Assembly: GCA_036172245.1 (NCBI GenBank) | Contig: JAYWIR010000003.1 | Coordinates: 1,550,001-1,614,000, forward strand | From: Raillietiella orientalis | Taxonomy: Eukaryota | DNA length: 64,000 nt | Direction: 5' to 3' | Shown here: positions 38,551 through 51,299 of the stretch, piece after piece | Numbering within the stretch: the first letter of the stretch is position 1 | Layout: every line of letters begins with the position of its first letter | The notes under the pieces: generated by a model | What the model was told of the DNA's origin: nothing | The model's database searches: none | What the model saw: the letters and a program-made list of their open reading frames with translations, nothing else | Program-made: the position numbers and the translations under genes

Positions 38551-40560
38551 AAGGCTGGAAACTTTGATCTCTTCTTCCATCTTGTAGTTTCGAGTGGTAC
38601 AGGGAAATTTCCGCCATCACTCTCCACGAGCCAAAAGAAAAGCACACATTCTGAATCTGCGAAGGAATTTACTACTTTGTCTTCTACTCCATAAATGACA
38701 GCAGGGAGTATCGATGCTGTTCTGATCAGGAAACATAAAGTATTGGTCATCTCGAGTGAAGATCTGCTTCAGGAACTTAGCGGCACAAGAGAACCCTGAA
38801 ACTAACTCTACATTATGTGATATATCATAGCCCCAGGGCAATTCGAATCTCCGCTTGCCCGAAATTCGAATTGTCCTGCAAATCGCTTTCTTTTATTGCA
38901 GCCCAGTCCATTCGAAGATGCAAAGCAGTCATTGCTGATGGCCTCTTTCTACCTCCGAAACCTTCTGCTGATGAAGAGCTCATAGACTCGAGCGTGGGAG
39001 TTGGCCTGCAGGTTCCTTAGTCGACTACTCTGCAGATTGCGATGCTTCTTTCAAGATGCGCAGCAGATGAACATCTCCATGGGAGGCGAAGCAGCATTCG
39101 CGGGATCGAGGAGCAATGGTGACCTCTCCACCATTAACTCTCGCGCAGGACCCACACCTACATTCCTGCAAACGCCTGCAGACTCTCTGGTTGCAGCTCG
39201 GTGTTGCAGCACGCCCGCGGTCGTCCGCAACGAGCGTTGCGTTGGAAAGGCGTCCCTCGCACCGAGTTGCGTGTACCCCGAAACTCCATGCCGCGCCACG
39301 CTCATCTCCACCCTCGTGTCACTCCAGTGAGAGGGGAAAGTAGTGGATCGAATCTCAGCTTCCTCTTTCGTTCTGCTTGCTTTTCTAGATAGGAAACGGA
39401 TCCGGAAAGATATCTTACAAACCTCGAAGAGCTCCTCGGTCTGACTCTCGGTTGGTAGCTCCAGGAACGTTGCTCTTTGGGAACTCGGTCGACACGTCCT
39501 GTAAGAAACGAGAGAAGAAATTTTCATCAGAGAGGAAACCGAGAAGACTGAATCTTAAAGACTCGAAGGCGCCATGTGACTTTTGGTTTCGTCGTTGGCA
39601 TGGCTTTGAAGAGGATCATCGGAAGTGCAGCAAACGGCACGACGTTACCCGAGAACCTTCAAGTCCTCTGAATCTCGAAAACTGATCAACAAGCTGAGGA
39701 AGATCCGTTCTTCGACGCAAGCAGTACGCATTTCTCAGGTGCGCACGTTGATAGATTCTTTGTCATCACGAATAGCTCTTCGTTCGCAAGTGCTCTTCTC
39801 AAGCGCGCGGCGCGTATAAAAGCAGGATTACTTCCTGTAGACGGTGTCGTTAAGGCATCGACTTGACTCGCACAGGCATCGACTCTTTCCGGGATGGGGA
39901 CATACAATGTGTTGATTTCGGGATTACTGCTCGTCTCAGGTAAGCGCTTGAAAGTGGGGATGCGGATCGCTTCCTCGACGCTTCCGAAAGTGTGGGAAGC
40001 GCACTTCCGCTTTCTGTCTGAACCGTAGACTTTGCTCGGACCCACAAAGACACGTAGAAGCTTGAGCACGTACCCTCCTCCAGCCCTCGAGCCCCAAAGA
40101 ACTAGTGTCTTCCTGTTTTTCGTCTTCCTGTTCTTCCGCCTTCCACGTTTTCATGTCCTTCTTGCTTTTCTTTTTTTTTGCGGGAATCCTTTTTTCGGGA
40201 CATTCCAAAGTCGTCCGTTCCTGGCGTGCGCGATGCGGGGATTGTACATGAGATCGCTGTTTTGAGAGAGTGACCCTTCTTGCCATCCCTTCCTCCCAGA
40301 AAAAAAAAAAGCCTGCCTTTCTTTAGCGGTGACCGCATTCGTGGTGTCTGATGGAGCGAAAAGCAGCAACAAGGTGCTTTTGGAAAAAAGCGAAAAAAAG
40401 GACGGAATTCGGGAGCGTGCAGACCCCATTCTAAGTAAAGGTCTATTTGTCGGATTTCGATTGACCTCATTGTCGCACATCTCAGGTCAGCTGCATTCTA
40501 ACGTAGCCCGTGGTCCCTTATCGGAAGAGAAATTTAAACAGTTCGATGATGATCACACTG
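37859..40560. repeat. Inverted segmental duplication, partner 61310-64000 (runs off window end)
   Basis: Near-identical ORF translations on opposite strands (39051-39527 vs 62338-62814; 37767-38567 vs 63292-63987). Confidence 0.97.
38560..40310 (-). pseudogene. Degenerate L fragment (motif B to mid region)
   Basis: GWQEGSLSQNSDLMY (motif B-like), GTDDFGM (motif C), RIPTFK, VERSPLLL, DQYFMFPD, FFWL..RWKKRSKFP in order. Confidence 0.6.
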
Positions 40561-40853
40561 GTAATGGATTGGATGGTGATGATTCAGAGGACGCAGTCGT
40601 TTACTCTGATGATTTGCCTGATTCCTGGGACCATGGCAGTACCCATACCACTCCCATTCTGGACTATGGGGAAGGCGCATCGTTTGACCCTCGCCACGGG
40701 GACGGGATCAATGAGAAAAGCTACTGGGACGATGACGACAGTGACAACGAAGGCGACGCTGTCACTGATTCCTTCTCGGACGATAACGATGATGGCGACG
40801 ATGACGACGATGACGAAGATTCAGATTCTTCGCGTTTTCCAGATGGTTGGTAA
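40329..40853 (+). CDS. Asp-rich hypothetical ORF (possibly a terminal exon)
   Basis: 174 open codons ending in a poly-Asp tract; candidate acceptor TTTCTTTAG at ~40326; paralogous open frame at 61155-61595 (-). No homology recognised. Confidence 0.3.
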   Translation: MTAFVVSDGAKSSNKVLLEKSEKKDGIRERADPILSKGLFVGFRLTSLSHISGQLHSNVARGPLSEEKFKQFDDDHTGNGLDGDDSEDAVVYSDDLPDSWDHGSTHTTPILDYGEGASFDPRHGDGINEKSYWDDDDSDNEGDAVTDSFSDDNDDGDDDDDDEDSDSSRFPDGW

Positions 40854-40949
40854 TGCTTCGAGAGTGGACCACATATCCGAACTGAGAGAAGCGTGTGTCA
40901 ATTGAATCCTCCGATGATAGGTATTCTGGATCATCGTTGGATAAGAATA

Positions 40950-42032
40950 CATTTTTCTTAGTTCCTGGATAGTGTCTTTGCGTTCTGTGCATTCCTTCTC
41001 GAGGATTTCTCTTCTTGATGCAGCAGATCAAGGTCGTGGAGTGGCACTCGTCTAGTCTGCTGGGACGGGATCCCCTCCTTGGTGCTCCTCCAGGTCGAAA
41101 GTAGCTCCGAGACAGATGTCTTGGGGAGACGACCATAACACAAAGGAATGGAGCAATCGAATCCGAATGGATCCAGTTGCTACGGGTTACAGTTGTGGCG
41201 TCGTCGTCACGGGCGACAGTTTCTGTGCGGGCTGAGCCTCCGCTGGGCGCTGCAGACTTCCCACTGAGAAAAATTCGGGTCAATAAGTGACCACGAAGCG
41301 AACCCACACCGAGAACTGTCGCCAAACGAGCGAAACCCCTGATGCGGCGAAACCTCAGGTCAAACCAGGAGGCGCTCGCGACTGCACGGCACCGGGTGAG
41401 CTCCAGGCAAGAGCAGTTTCTGGTGCCAAGACAGACTCCCTCTTCACAACGCATACGCGAATTGTCCATATGTATCAGTTCCGTAGCTTTGCACATTCTT
41501 CTAGTTTTACCCTTGGCTTTTCGAAAACCGTCGCTGCATCTCCCCATCAAGGAAGAGGAGAAGGGAGGGCATATTCAAGACGCACACCTTTCGAGCCAGA
41601 AAAAATCCCGGCGTCGGCAGTGCAAGGGATGCTCCACTTCTCTTCAGAGCATCATTTCACTTTCTCCCTCTTGTCGCGTACCTTGATGGCACGTGATTAT
41701 GCACTGCGCCCCTTTGCTCACTTCAGCTCATCTCACTGCATCAAGAGGCACCAGTTGTTGCGTGGGTCAGGAGCTACGAAACCCACAGGGTCCTTTTTTT
41801 TCTTGTTCATACTTGAATTTTTTCCTATATATTCGAACAGCGGCCGGATGCAGTCGCGCATCTTCCTCGATGAAAGCGCTTTGATCCCGGCGCAGCTGAA
41901 AGAGCGGAAGTTCGTATGGAGGTTTCGCGGAGATTCATTGAAGGCCAACACGCGACTGGCGAAATTCTTCGTGGGGACTTGCAGATCCGTTGGTCTCTGC
42001 AGGCGATCGAGCCGGGAGTGGCAGGCAGGAAA
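40950..42032 (+). pseudogene. Phenuivirus-like L fragment with motifs A, B and eroded C in one 250-codon frame
   Basis: ORF 41287-42039: QTSETPDAAK (recalled TSDDARKW), AVQGMLHFSSEHH (MMQGILHYTSSLLH), LLRGSGAT at the SDD position. Confidence 0.75.
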
Positions 42033-42590
42033 GGGTTGACACTCAGTAGCGCCGGAGCGTTTATTTATGAAATAAACATATAGGTCGTCATGAATATACT
42101 AAAAGGAATCTGGCGAGAAACGGCGCGCAGGTCGGCGAAGTTCGCCTCGGCAGCAGACGGGGGGAGGGGGACAAACAAAAAAGGAAAATGAAACAAAAAA
42201 ATAGATATATAAAAAAAATGGGAGGGTTCGGGAAAGGATCACCGGGAGGGCGTCCTCTGCATCCTTGTAAGGATGCCGACAAGCTCCTGTTTCAAGCACC
42301 CCGGATGGGGCCATCTTGACACTGTTCCGATGGAGAGGACAGCAAAGTAGATGGCGTCCCTGTCGTCCTGGTTTCCTCCGGCGTTGCTCCATGCAGCCCG
42401 TCGCTTGGGCAGAAAAGTGCTGCTAGGGGTGCGGCCGGCGTGAGGGCATCGCGCTAGAAGAGGCGCTTCAGGGAGTTTCTAGGGCTGCCCTCGAGGATCC
42501 ACAGGGATGCGGCAAAGCGTATTCACAGGGGGCGGTGGGCAGCACAATCCATGAGGAGGTGAGGGAGAGGCTCTTTCTTCTCACCTGCAG
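42033..42590 (-). mobile_element. LINE 3' fragment
   Basis: ORF2 tail (PHLLMDC), T-rich UTR, AATAAA at 42060-42065 and terminal motif. Confidence 0.82.
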
Positions 42591-43069
42591 CAGTTGTGGT
42601 TTACACCTCCCCCCCCTTTACGGTCAGTGATGCCTGCGGGGGTTGCACGGGAGGTCCCGATGCAACAGAAGGATCGCACACTACTGCCACTTTAGGGGGA
42701 GGGTTGCACTGTTCCAGCACTCTGGGAGTCACTGTATCTGCTCCGGAGAAATTTCTAGTAGCTCTCTCCGGCGTGGCAGTCCTTTCGGAGGGACACTCGG
42801 GATGACAGCATCTGTCAGCTCCCAAGTTGTCCACACATTCAGATGTTTTCCTCTATTTTCGATAGTGCACGTCACCTTCCACCTTGCGGAAGGTCGCTGT
42901 CCCTTGCTTCTCTTAGGGGGGTGAACCTCAGCATCATCTCGAGGCCAAACTCGAAACCCACGACGTGTCCAGCACGTGTGTATCCCTTCGTGGGTAGAGG
43001 AAGGATCGCTGGTACTTCCCCGCCTCCTGTGCAGAATGTTGGCGGGTCCCACCCTCCCAGTCCTCTAGG

Positions 43070-43887
43070 CGTCGTCGTCTCTCAGCCTCGCTCAAGAGGG
43101 CGTTGCGGTGGCGGCTTTCACGCCACCTGGTGTTTTGGAGGCCGCTTCGAGGCATCACGTTCTCGAGAGTCCTTTCGCGCATGCGCGGGAGGGGATGCCT
43201 GCTCCTGCGCACAGGAAGGCCTCGCGTGTCACCCAGAGGACCCTCCCCCTGAAGTGGCAGGAGTCGGCACTCCTGCTGTTGTAGTGGGGCATCTCTCTCT
43301 GGTCTCACTAGAACCGGGGGGCTGTGGACCCGAGCTGTGGCAGGTGCGGGGAACGGGAATCTCTCCCACACCTGCTCGTAGACTGTGTTGCTTTCCGGCC
43401 TTGTGGTCAAGGTTACGCAATGTCCCTCTGTGCACCTATGGACAATCCCAGAGACGTCATGAAACGCCTCTTCGTGTGCGATTCCCTTCCGCCTTCCACA
43501 TCCTCAGCAGCTCTTTGCTGCTGTCTACTGAGGATTGTGGCGTCCTGGAGCTACGTGGGAGAAGGACGGCGCGATAGGGACGCCATCTGCTCCGTTCTGC
43601 GCTTCCTGCGGACGGCGATGGTCCCACCTGGGGCAAACTCAGAAGGAACTTGGCATCCTGAAAAGGACGCCGACGTCCTCCAACGCTCCCAGTTTTTTTT
43701 CGTTATTGAATTGATGTATTTTTCTTTTTGTTTGTCTTTTCCTTTTCCGCTTCCGCGGCGAACCTCGCCGGCCTGCCTGTCGGTCAATCGGCAAATTCCG
43801 AACAATTTCAGATGTAGAACCTACGGTCCTACACTTTGTATGTTTATTTTGACAATAAACACCCCGGCGCAACCGGGTTATAACCCG
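43070..43887 (+). mobile_element. LINE 3' fragment with zf-RVT
   Basis: LPLKWQESALLL, DPSCGRCGERESLPHLLVDC, RDRDAI; AATAAA 43854-43859 plus CCCGG-N5-CCGGG. Confidence 0.9.
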
Positions 43888-43899
43888 TTCCTGCGCATG

Positions 43900-46670
43900 C
43901 GTGTTGCATAAGAGCCTTCTCCGACGCAGGAGCAGCGTGGCCGGTTATGCTACCACCCTTCCAGCGGGAGATTTGGGCTGCTTGCGAGAGCCACGATGGC
44001 CTCCAGCTCTTCCGGGGGAAGGAGATGTAGTCATTTTCGAGGAAAATGCGGCTCCAAAAAGAAGACAGAAATCCATCCATCAAAATTGACGGTTTGAAAA
44101 GGAAATGCCATGCTCACGGGTTCTTTGAAGACACTCTGGATTGGTTGCCTGCCATTGCGGATGGAAAACTCTTCACGCTTTCTTTACTAGAGACAACTTT
44201 TTCTCATGGAAACTGAACTGTTCATGAGGAGAAAAACCGCAGTCGAATCCATCTTTGGCTTTCCATTTCTGTTCAGTGAAGGAGAGTGAAAGAGTGAAAC
44301 TTCGACTGGAATGTCCGCTATGCACGCGACGGCGCCATCTATCATTAAAATCCTCCGCCAGAGGAAACAGCCGTCAGCAACCCCTTCTCTTCAGAAAGAA
44401 GTACGAGGCGTTCGCAGGAGCATAGCACACAGCACTCACGCGCTTCTCGTGGCCGAGAGCTGCCGGGTCGCTCTCGTCGGAGTCGCAGTCCTTTGCTACG
44501 TGGAAACGCAGCAGCAAGGATCGAACTTTTCAATGAGGTTCCTTGGAAAGTTTCCGGAGAAAACCGAACAAAAGGCTCTTTTCTCAGTGGAAGATGCATT
44601 TGCATGGATGTCACGCGTCCTCTCAAAGGTGAGGACGAATTCTCCTCTGGAGCTCTCGGGTTCACGTTTGTTGTTCCGTCTTTTTGCCGAAATCGAGGAC
44701 AATTAGGTCCAAGAGATGAGGTGGATGACCCTTGGTCACTGCGTGGACTTGCAGTTGTTCCTATTCTCTTTAGGAGGAGCGGAGAACACCAAAGAGCGGA
44801 ATCCGAAAACTCGGTCGCGCCCGCTTCCGTCCATGGTTTTCTATTCTGATCAGAGCAGGCAATTCCCAATACTCTCTTCTGCGCTCCGCAGATTGAAGCA
44901 GGCCTCTGAGGTTTTCAATGCAAACTCCTGCTACGTCCTGTACTATACAAGCGCCATACCACATGCACCCTTTGCTCTTTGCCTTTCAAGGAAGACTGAA
45001 TTCCGGTCATAGGGAAGGAGAGCATCTCCGAGGGCGCATGAGAGCAGACACCATGAGGATGGCGGACCCACGAATTCTCTAAAAGTTCACCTTAAGGCTT
45101 CAGGTCGCGTCCACGCCTGGAGATCCTTGATTGTATAGATAAAGGGGAAAGGCACATGCCGCGTCGGAACGCACTGGACTTCTGTCCAGCTCGTTTTTTT
45201 CTCCAGCAAAGACGGCTGGCGCTTTCCGTGGACAGCAAGCTTCATGTGTTTCATCTTCAGTCCCATCCGCCTACCAGTTTGGATGCAGATGGAAGATTCG
45301 TCTTGTCGACGATGCCCTGTGTGAGACTAAAAGCTGTTGAGCATTGTCAACTCAACACCATAAGGTCCTGATGGACTGCATGAAGGTGGCAGAGACAAAG
45401 CGAAGATTGATAAGAGCAGAGTAGAAACTGAGAGGCGCCTGGAACGGGGTCTTTGCTGAGGTCTGATCTCGTCCTAGGAAGATGAAGTCCACTCGCAATG
45501 TTTCCAGGCATACTGACCACCTGGAAGCAATAGAGATGGAACGCACGCGTTCTCCTCCACCTTCTGGAAGTCAGGAGACGGTCAGCACGGTGGCCATAGG
45601 CTCATGGAAATGCCGTCATCTCAGCATCGAGGAAGTTTCCCAAATGATCTGGGATGACCTGCCCGTGGCGGTCTGGAGAAGTCGCGCGGACTTTCGTCGC
45701 AGGTGCCCACTAAAGCGACCACAGCTAGGGGAGAGCCTTCCACACTGAGTGGCACTCGTGTTCCAATGAAGTGCGTTCCTGACCCCCTCTGGCCAATCAG
45801 GGAGACCTGCGCGCCCAGCTGCTAGGTCTACCACTCCGAGAACTCAGTGGACCAAGAAAGAAGACCAACATCCCTCTGCCTTTGGGGAAGACGTCAGGCG
45901 GGTCATGTTTCCCTCCAGCTAGTGTAAAAGGTGTTTTGCAGCAGCCCTACATCTCCAAAAACGCCACCGAGCACCTCTCCTTTCTTGGATGTGTTGTCGC
46001 TTGCCGCGTAAGTACGAGCTGTCTGCCGCTTCCGCGGAAAACATAGGCTGCCTGGAGCGCTGCCAAAATTGACTGGCCATCCTCTTTGTGAACCACTATA
46101 TGAAGATCTCAACGAGGCCTCACATGACAAGACCACAGAGGAGACGCGCCAGAGTCCTCAGGAAAATTCTAAACGACTAAACTCGAAGAAGACTGGTGAA
46201 GACTAATCTCGTCGATGACCCTGCCAGTCCACGATTTTCTACCAAGGGATCACTTTGGTGTGGAGAACTCCTCCCTGCAGAGCTGGTAGCCCTTGCTCTT
46301 TGTTTGGACGCCTTGGTACTCTCCCTCAAGTGGAGGAACCAGGTGGCACTCTTTCTTCACTGGAGTTTCAAGTGTGAAAAGCGCCAAGGCCTCGTTTCCA
46401 CGGTAACATCATTTTGGGTCTGTTCCAGATGCTGGACTGCGCTCCCACCCAGGAACTCTTGCGAAGACTGGCTTCAGCGCTGCTGCACCCAGAGGACACG
46501 GCGAGAGACTTGGCTGCGACGCCTCTTCGCACGCGACGGGCTTCTTCGCGCTCCACGGCGTGCGCGCATCTTAGAGACTAGCAGCATTTATTTATTTATC
46601 TTTTTGCTTTCGTTGTTGTTGTTCTCCTTGTCGCTGCTCCCAAGGCGGTTCTTGCCCGAGTCGGAGGTCG
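43900..46670 (+). mobile_element. Old, heavily decayed LINE ORF2
   Basis: SRVLSKVRTNSPLELSG, RPLPSM..ILSSALRRLKQ (RT N-terminal motifs, eroded), LSLKWRNQVALFLHWSFKC, RRLFARDGL, T-rich UTR. Confidence 0.6.
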
Positions 46671-46679
46671 CGTGATCAC

Positions 46680-47127
46680 GGTCTCCTCACGTGGCACCAA
46701 GCGTCGCGGGTTCGAATACTCGGAAAGAATCGACACCGAGAGAGTAGGGGTGCGTCGTGACTTCCAGTCCCTCCTGCGAGATGACGCTGGTCGGTCTTCA
46801 TTCATTCGGGTGCTGCACCGGTAGCTGTTCAAACTGAATGCCCCCGATGAGTGTCTGGGACAATGGGAGTCGACCTTCGGGTTCTTCCAGGAATCAAGGA
46901 GTGGGAGTTCCCCTCCGGTTGTTTAAAGGAGCGAACTTTTCGACACCATCTGGGGGACCCTCCGTGGGGTCGAAGGGGTGTTGCCACCTCTCCAGAGTGC
47001 AGAGGAGCGTGCCTCTCCTTTTGGAATCCCTCAGAAGGGAGGAAAGCGCCTTCTGAGAAATTTCGGAAGCGCCCCTTCGGGGTTCTCTTCAGAGTAAACA
47101 GGAGTGGTTCCCTCGTGCTTTCCCTCC
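46680..47127 (+). pseudogene. Possible short L fragment (mid/C-terminal)
   Basis: ELFDTIWG, EERASPF, LLRNF, VNRSGSLVLSLRG in the order expected from recalled LVSEVWFG..TLRDGPF..QFRNF..VDAKSRSVRLLG. Confidence 0.45.
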
Positions 47128-49060
47128 GGGGTTGTCACCCGGTCACGCCGGGACGTTTATTGATTAGAATAAACGTACAGTATCCTTGGTACGAGGCACC
47201 ACCACGGCCAATTACACAATCGACCTGCCAGGTCACCGGTACGCAAATCGGCGGACTCACCTCGGCGGCGGAGGGGGATGGGAGAAAACAAAAATAAAAA
47301 AAAAGAATAAATCAAGAAAAAACAAAAACACTTGGGAGAACCGTTAAAGAGATCACTGCCTTATGGAGGGACTCTGCATTTGTTCCAGGATACCAGCAAT
47401 GCCCGTCCGGATCTTGCTGCTATCCGCAGACAGCGAACTGCGAACCAGATGGTATCCTTTTCGTTTGTTCTACTTATGCCGGCTTCGCTCAATGTCGCCA
47501 CAATCTCGCAGATGCAGCAAAGTGCTGCTAGGGCTGCGGCTGGCTGCAGGACGTCCCGCACAAAGAGGATCCTTAAAACATTCCTGGGAAGCTGCCAACC
47601 GGGATCCGAGAGTCGTCCCAAGACGTTCTCACAGAGGCCGGAGGGCAACATGGTGCACTAGCAAGTCAGGGAGAGAAGATCATCGTTATCCGCACCTGCG
47701 ACACTCAAGGCTCTCCCTCGCCAGCGTCCAGTGGTGTCGGCACGCGTTGCAGGGGAAACCCCAGTGCAGCAACAGCAAACTGAAACCAGGAAACACGACT
47801 CCTAACACTTCAGGGGTAGGGTGTTCGTGTCCTTAAGCACTGGAGGTCACTCCAGGTCTTCGGTTCGAATGCCGAGTAGCTCGCACCAGCGCTGCAATCC
47901 TCGTAGAAGGACATTCGGGGTCGCTGCATCCGCCAGCTGTGCCACGGTCCAACCACTCATCAGCTTCTTTCTGCCTGCAATCTCTCAGGAGATTCTCACC
48001 GCGGCCTTCGGTTGCTGTCGAGTTCTCTTCTCATGAAAGGCAGTGTTGCAGCAAAGGTCATCTCCGCCCACGTGCTCCTGGCGGGATATTCCAATATCGT
48101 CTGTATTGAGCAGCGGACATGATTGCCGAGTCGTAGGCAGTTCCACCTCTCATTTTACGTCTCATTCATCTTATCCCACGAGCCAACTGTTTTCTCTAGC
48201 AATGTGCTAGAGTTGGCGGGGCAGCAGACCATTCAGTCGTTCTCCTTTGCAGGGTGACTATGCAACACAGGAGAAGACCGCACCTCCGGGAGAAAGCATG
48301 AGAGGAAAGATGCTATTCCTTCCATTCCGGCCTCATGGCTGGCGGAGAGACGTGACGGAACGCACCATGAGGTGCTTTATGACTTTGCTGCGATGGTCAA
48401 GTTTCGCCAACTCAGCTGACATTCCATCTGCTCCAGCGTCAGGAGGTCTAGACCACCGTCCCGACGCGGTGCGCACGAGTCCGCCAGCACGACTTGGGGC
48501 CTCCCGTTGCCTTACAGGGCGATGCGCAGGAGGTTCTTCGTCCACTTTTCACCTCAGGGGGGACAATGAAAACAAAAAGTAGGGGGCAGAGGGGAGGAGC
48601 AGCAAACGTGTTCCATACCGCGGCCCGTTCCGGCAAGTAAAACTTGCCCTCCAGGAACGAGCAGATAGCCAACTCATTCTTCTGAAGATGACCTCACAAG
48701 GCTCCTTTAAGGCGAAATTCCCCCAAACAGAACGCCAAAGTACTTCAAGTACCTGCCCAAGGGGATCCCCAAAAAGATCTAGTCAGGTCATCCAGTCCAC
48801 GTCGCACAAACCGCCACTATTGATGATTTCTGCCCATTTACCCTCAGGCCCGTCTTGCGGCCAAGCAGCTCGAAGAAATTTTCGGATGCAGAATCCGGGG
48901 TGGACATGGGGAGCAGTAGCAGAAGATCACGCAAGCATACCGGGGTGCGAGCTCGGCAGGGTGGCCAGAGTCGCCCTGCATGCCTTTAGAACTAACTCAA
49001 AGTAGGTGCTAAAGAGCAGAAGGCTCAGGCTGTCTCCCTGCCGTATCCCTGTTAGGCAGA
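47128..49060 (-). mobile_element. LINE, 5'-truncated (RT C-half to 3' end)
   Basis: GIRQGDSLSLLLFSTYFELVL, LKYFGV, GKFYLPERAAVWNTFA, LLLHWGFPCNA, AAALAALCCI; AATAAA and terminal hairpin at 47128-47161. Confidence 0.9.
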
Positions 49061-49079
49061 CCGGGTCACAAGCTCAATC

Positions 49080-51282
49080 CTGGAGTGATCAGAGATGGTG
49101 GACCGCATTCGCCCTCATCGCCCAGCCCGCGAGCTCAGGCCACGTTTACGACGTGTCGGTGCGTCGAGGAATAAAGCAAGGTCGCAGCTGAGCCCTATTT
49201 AGGGTGCTGAACGGTTACGAGACAACTCTGGTCAACCGGTCAATGCTCTGCTTGTGCACGCCGGCAGTGGTGCCCTACGCAAATGATCTGAGTCTCCTGC
49301 TGCCCCTCCTCCCACCCCGAAAGCTGAGCTCAAGGAATTCTTCGAGCTGATCTGCCGGGAAACGGGCATTTGCGCAAATAGGCAAGGCGGAGCGTCCCAG
49401 TGGGAGCGTCGCTGCAGAGGCCCTGGACTTGATCCGCTTGGCGTCCCCACGAGCAGGTGGTTAGAGTACCTTGGCGTATCAGTGGGCGACTTCGGCGCCT
49501 CCGAGGCGTGGTCCGGCTGCCTCCAAAAGACAGAGAAGGCTCTTAGTGCATTCCTTAAGGGCAGGTTCAACCTGCCGGGGTGAGCCCTTATCTGGAGCCC
49601 TTTTGTTGCTTGTCTCCTCCAACCGTTTCTTTTTGTTTGCTCCCCTTCCGCTGAGGCAAGGCAACGGGCCGACAGACTATCGAGGAGACATAAGGCCTCG
49701 AGTCCTCCTCAAGGACATCGATGCCCCACGAAAAGATGCCGCGCCCGGCATCCTGACATGGGAGGAGATGAAGATGCAGCTCAACTCTAGAAGATTTGCT
49801 CTGATGGGAGATCCGCGGCAGTGGTGCCTCTCCGCTCGCCACATTCTACGGCAAGCGACCGGTCTCGAAGGACCTCCATCTCTCGTTTTTCGCAACCTGA
49901 AACGGATCAGTTTTTATGCTCTCCTTCGAAGAAGTCCACCTTCTTGCTGGAGAACAACGATTGGATATTCTGCCGCCTTTCAAACTGTCATCCATGTCGG
50001 TAGAAGTTGGCTGATTCGTGGGGGATGACCGGCTGACTCTTTGCTTGTCAGCAGCTCTCCGACCTTGATAGTCCATGAGAACTTTTACCCGCTTTTTCGT
50101 CCAGATGACCTAGGCATTGTCAGACTTGAAAGCTCCACCACCACCGCTCGACCACCCTCCTCTGACATTTCAATCAAAATCACCTCTAGATAGATCACCG
50201 TTGAAAGGGTAGGCAAAATCTCCCGATCTCTCAATCCCCGAAAACTGCTGGGGATTGCCAGATGCGGTGAGACCACCTTCAGATTTTTGCAGCGCACCTC
50301 CATTCCTTTGTCTCCTGATAGATTCTAATCCACCTCGTGAAGAGTCTTGTGTGGAAAAAAACCTCCCGTGTCACAGCACTGCCCTTCCTGAATGAACATA
50401 TGGGCATCAGCCATGAGGTTCGATAGGAGGTTAGTTTTGAAATCTCCTCCAGGAGAAGAGGACTAGGTGAGTGAACGACGGGACAGCTTATCAAAGCTAC
50501 GACCCCAAGTGAGCCACCTCGAAGACTTTGACGCAGGGCTTAGGTATTGGATATTCCGGAGGAAGATCTGCATTGACTCCAGTGCTTCTGGAAACACACA
50601 CCATCCCCTTAAAATGGCAGGAGTCTGCTTCGATGCTGCTGAACTGGGCTTCTCGTGAGACTCCTGCCGGCATCACTGGACACGAAAGGGATTAATCGGA
50701 ACTGTGCCAAGTGCGGGAAACGCGAATCCCCCCGCATCTGCTTGTGGATTATGTGCTCTCCGGGCCATCTGAGAACGCTTTGTCGCGACCCTAGGAACCT
50801 CCGGAGGCAACTCCAGGGGCACCGTAAGACCATTCTTCCTATGCGATCCCCCTCGGCCAGCAGCCTCGCTGGAAACTGCTGCCTACGTGGGATTGTAGCT
50901 TCTCGGGGCGATGCAAGTGGAGGACTCAGTGATAGGGATGCTGTATTATTCGCCATTCGCTTCATGAGTATGACAACAAGATGGCCTCACCTGGAAAACA
51001 ACATCCAGCAAGAGCTTGCCGGCATCCTCGAAAGGATGCAGAGGACTGCCTTCAGCAGGACATGATCCCTTTCCGCACCACCCAAGTGTATTTATTTTTA
51101 TTTTTGTCTAATTTTTTTCTTTCTATTTGCTTCCTCCCCTCTGCTGAGGGGTGAACCTCACCGGTCTGCGTGTTGGTAACCCGGCAGGTCCGGCGTTGTG
51201 TGGCCGTTAGTGGGGCCTGGTACCACGTTTGTGGAATGTTTTTTAATAAATGCCCCGGGATTACCCGGGTGGAAATAACCCG
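49080..51282 (+). mobile_element. LINE, 5'-truncated (RT C-half to 3' end)
   Basis: VRRGIKQG, YANDL, LEYLGV, PLKWQESA, CAKCGKRES, RWPHLE; AATAAA 51245-51250 plus CCCGGG-N4-CCCGGG. Confidence 0.88.
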
Positions 51283-51299
51283 ACAGGTCCCTGTTAAAT

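Noticed and set aside
37767..38567. 266-aa ORF and its 231-aa duplicate at 63292-63987
   Set aside because: Antisense shadow of LINE ORF2; conservation reflects recent duplication.
42600..43050. Possible ORF1 knuckle remnant (MCGQLG)
   Set aside because: Too degraded to support a call.
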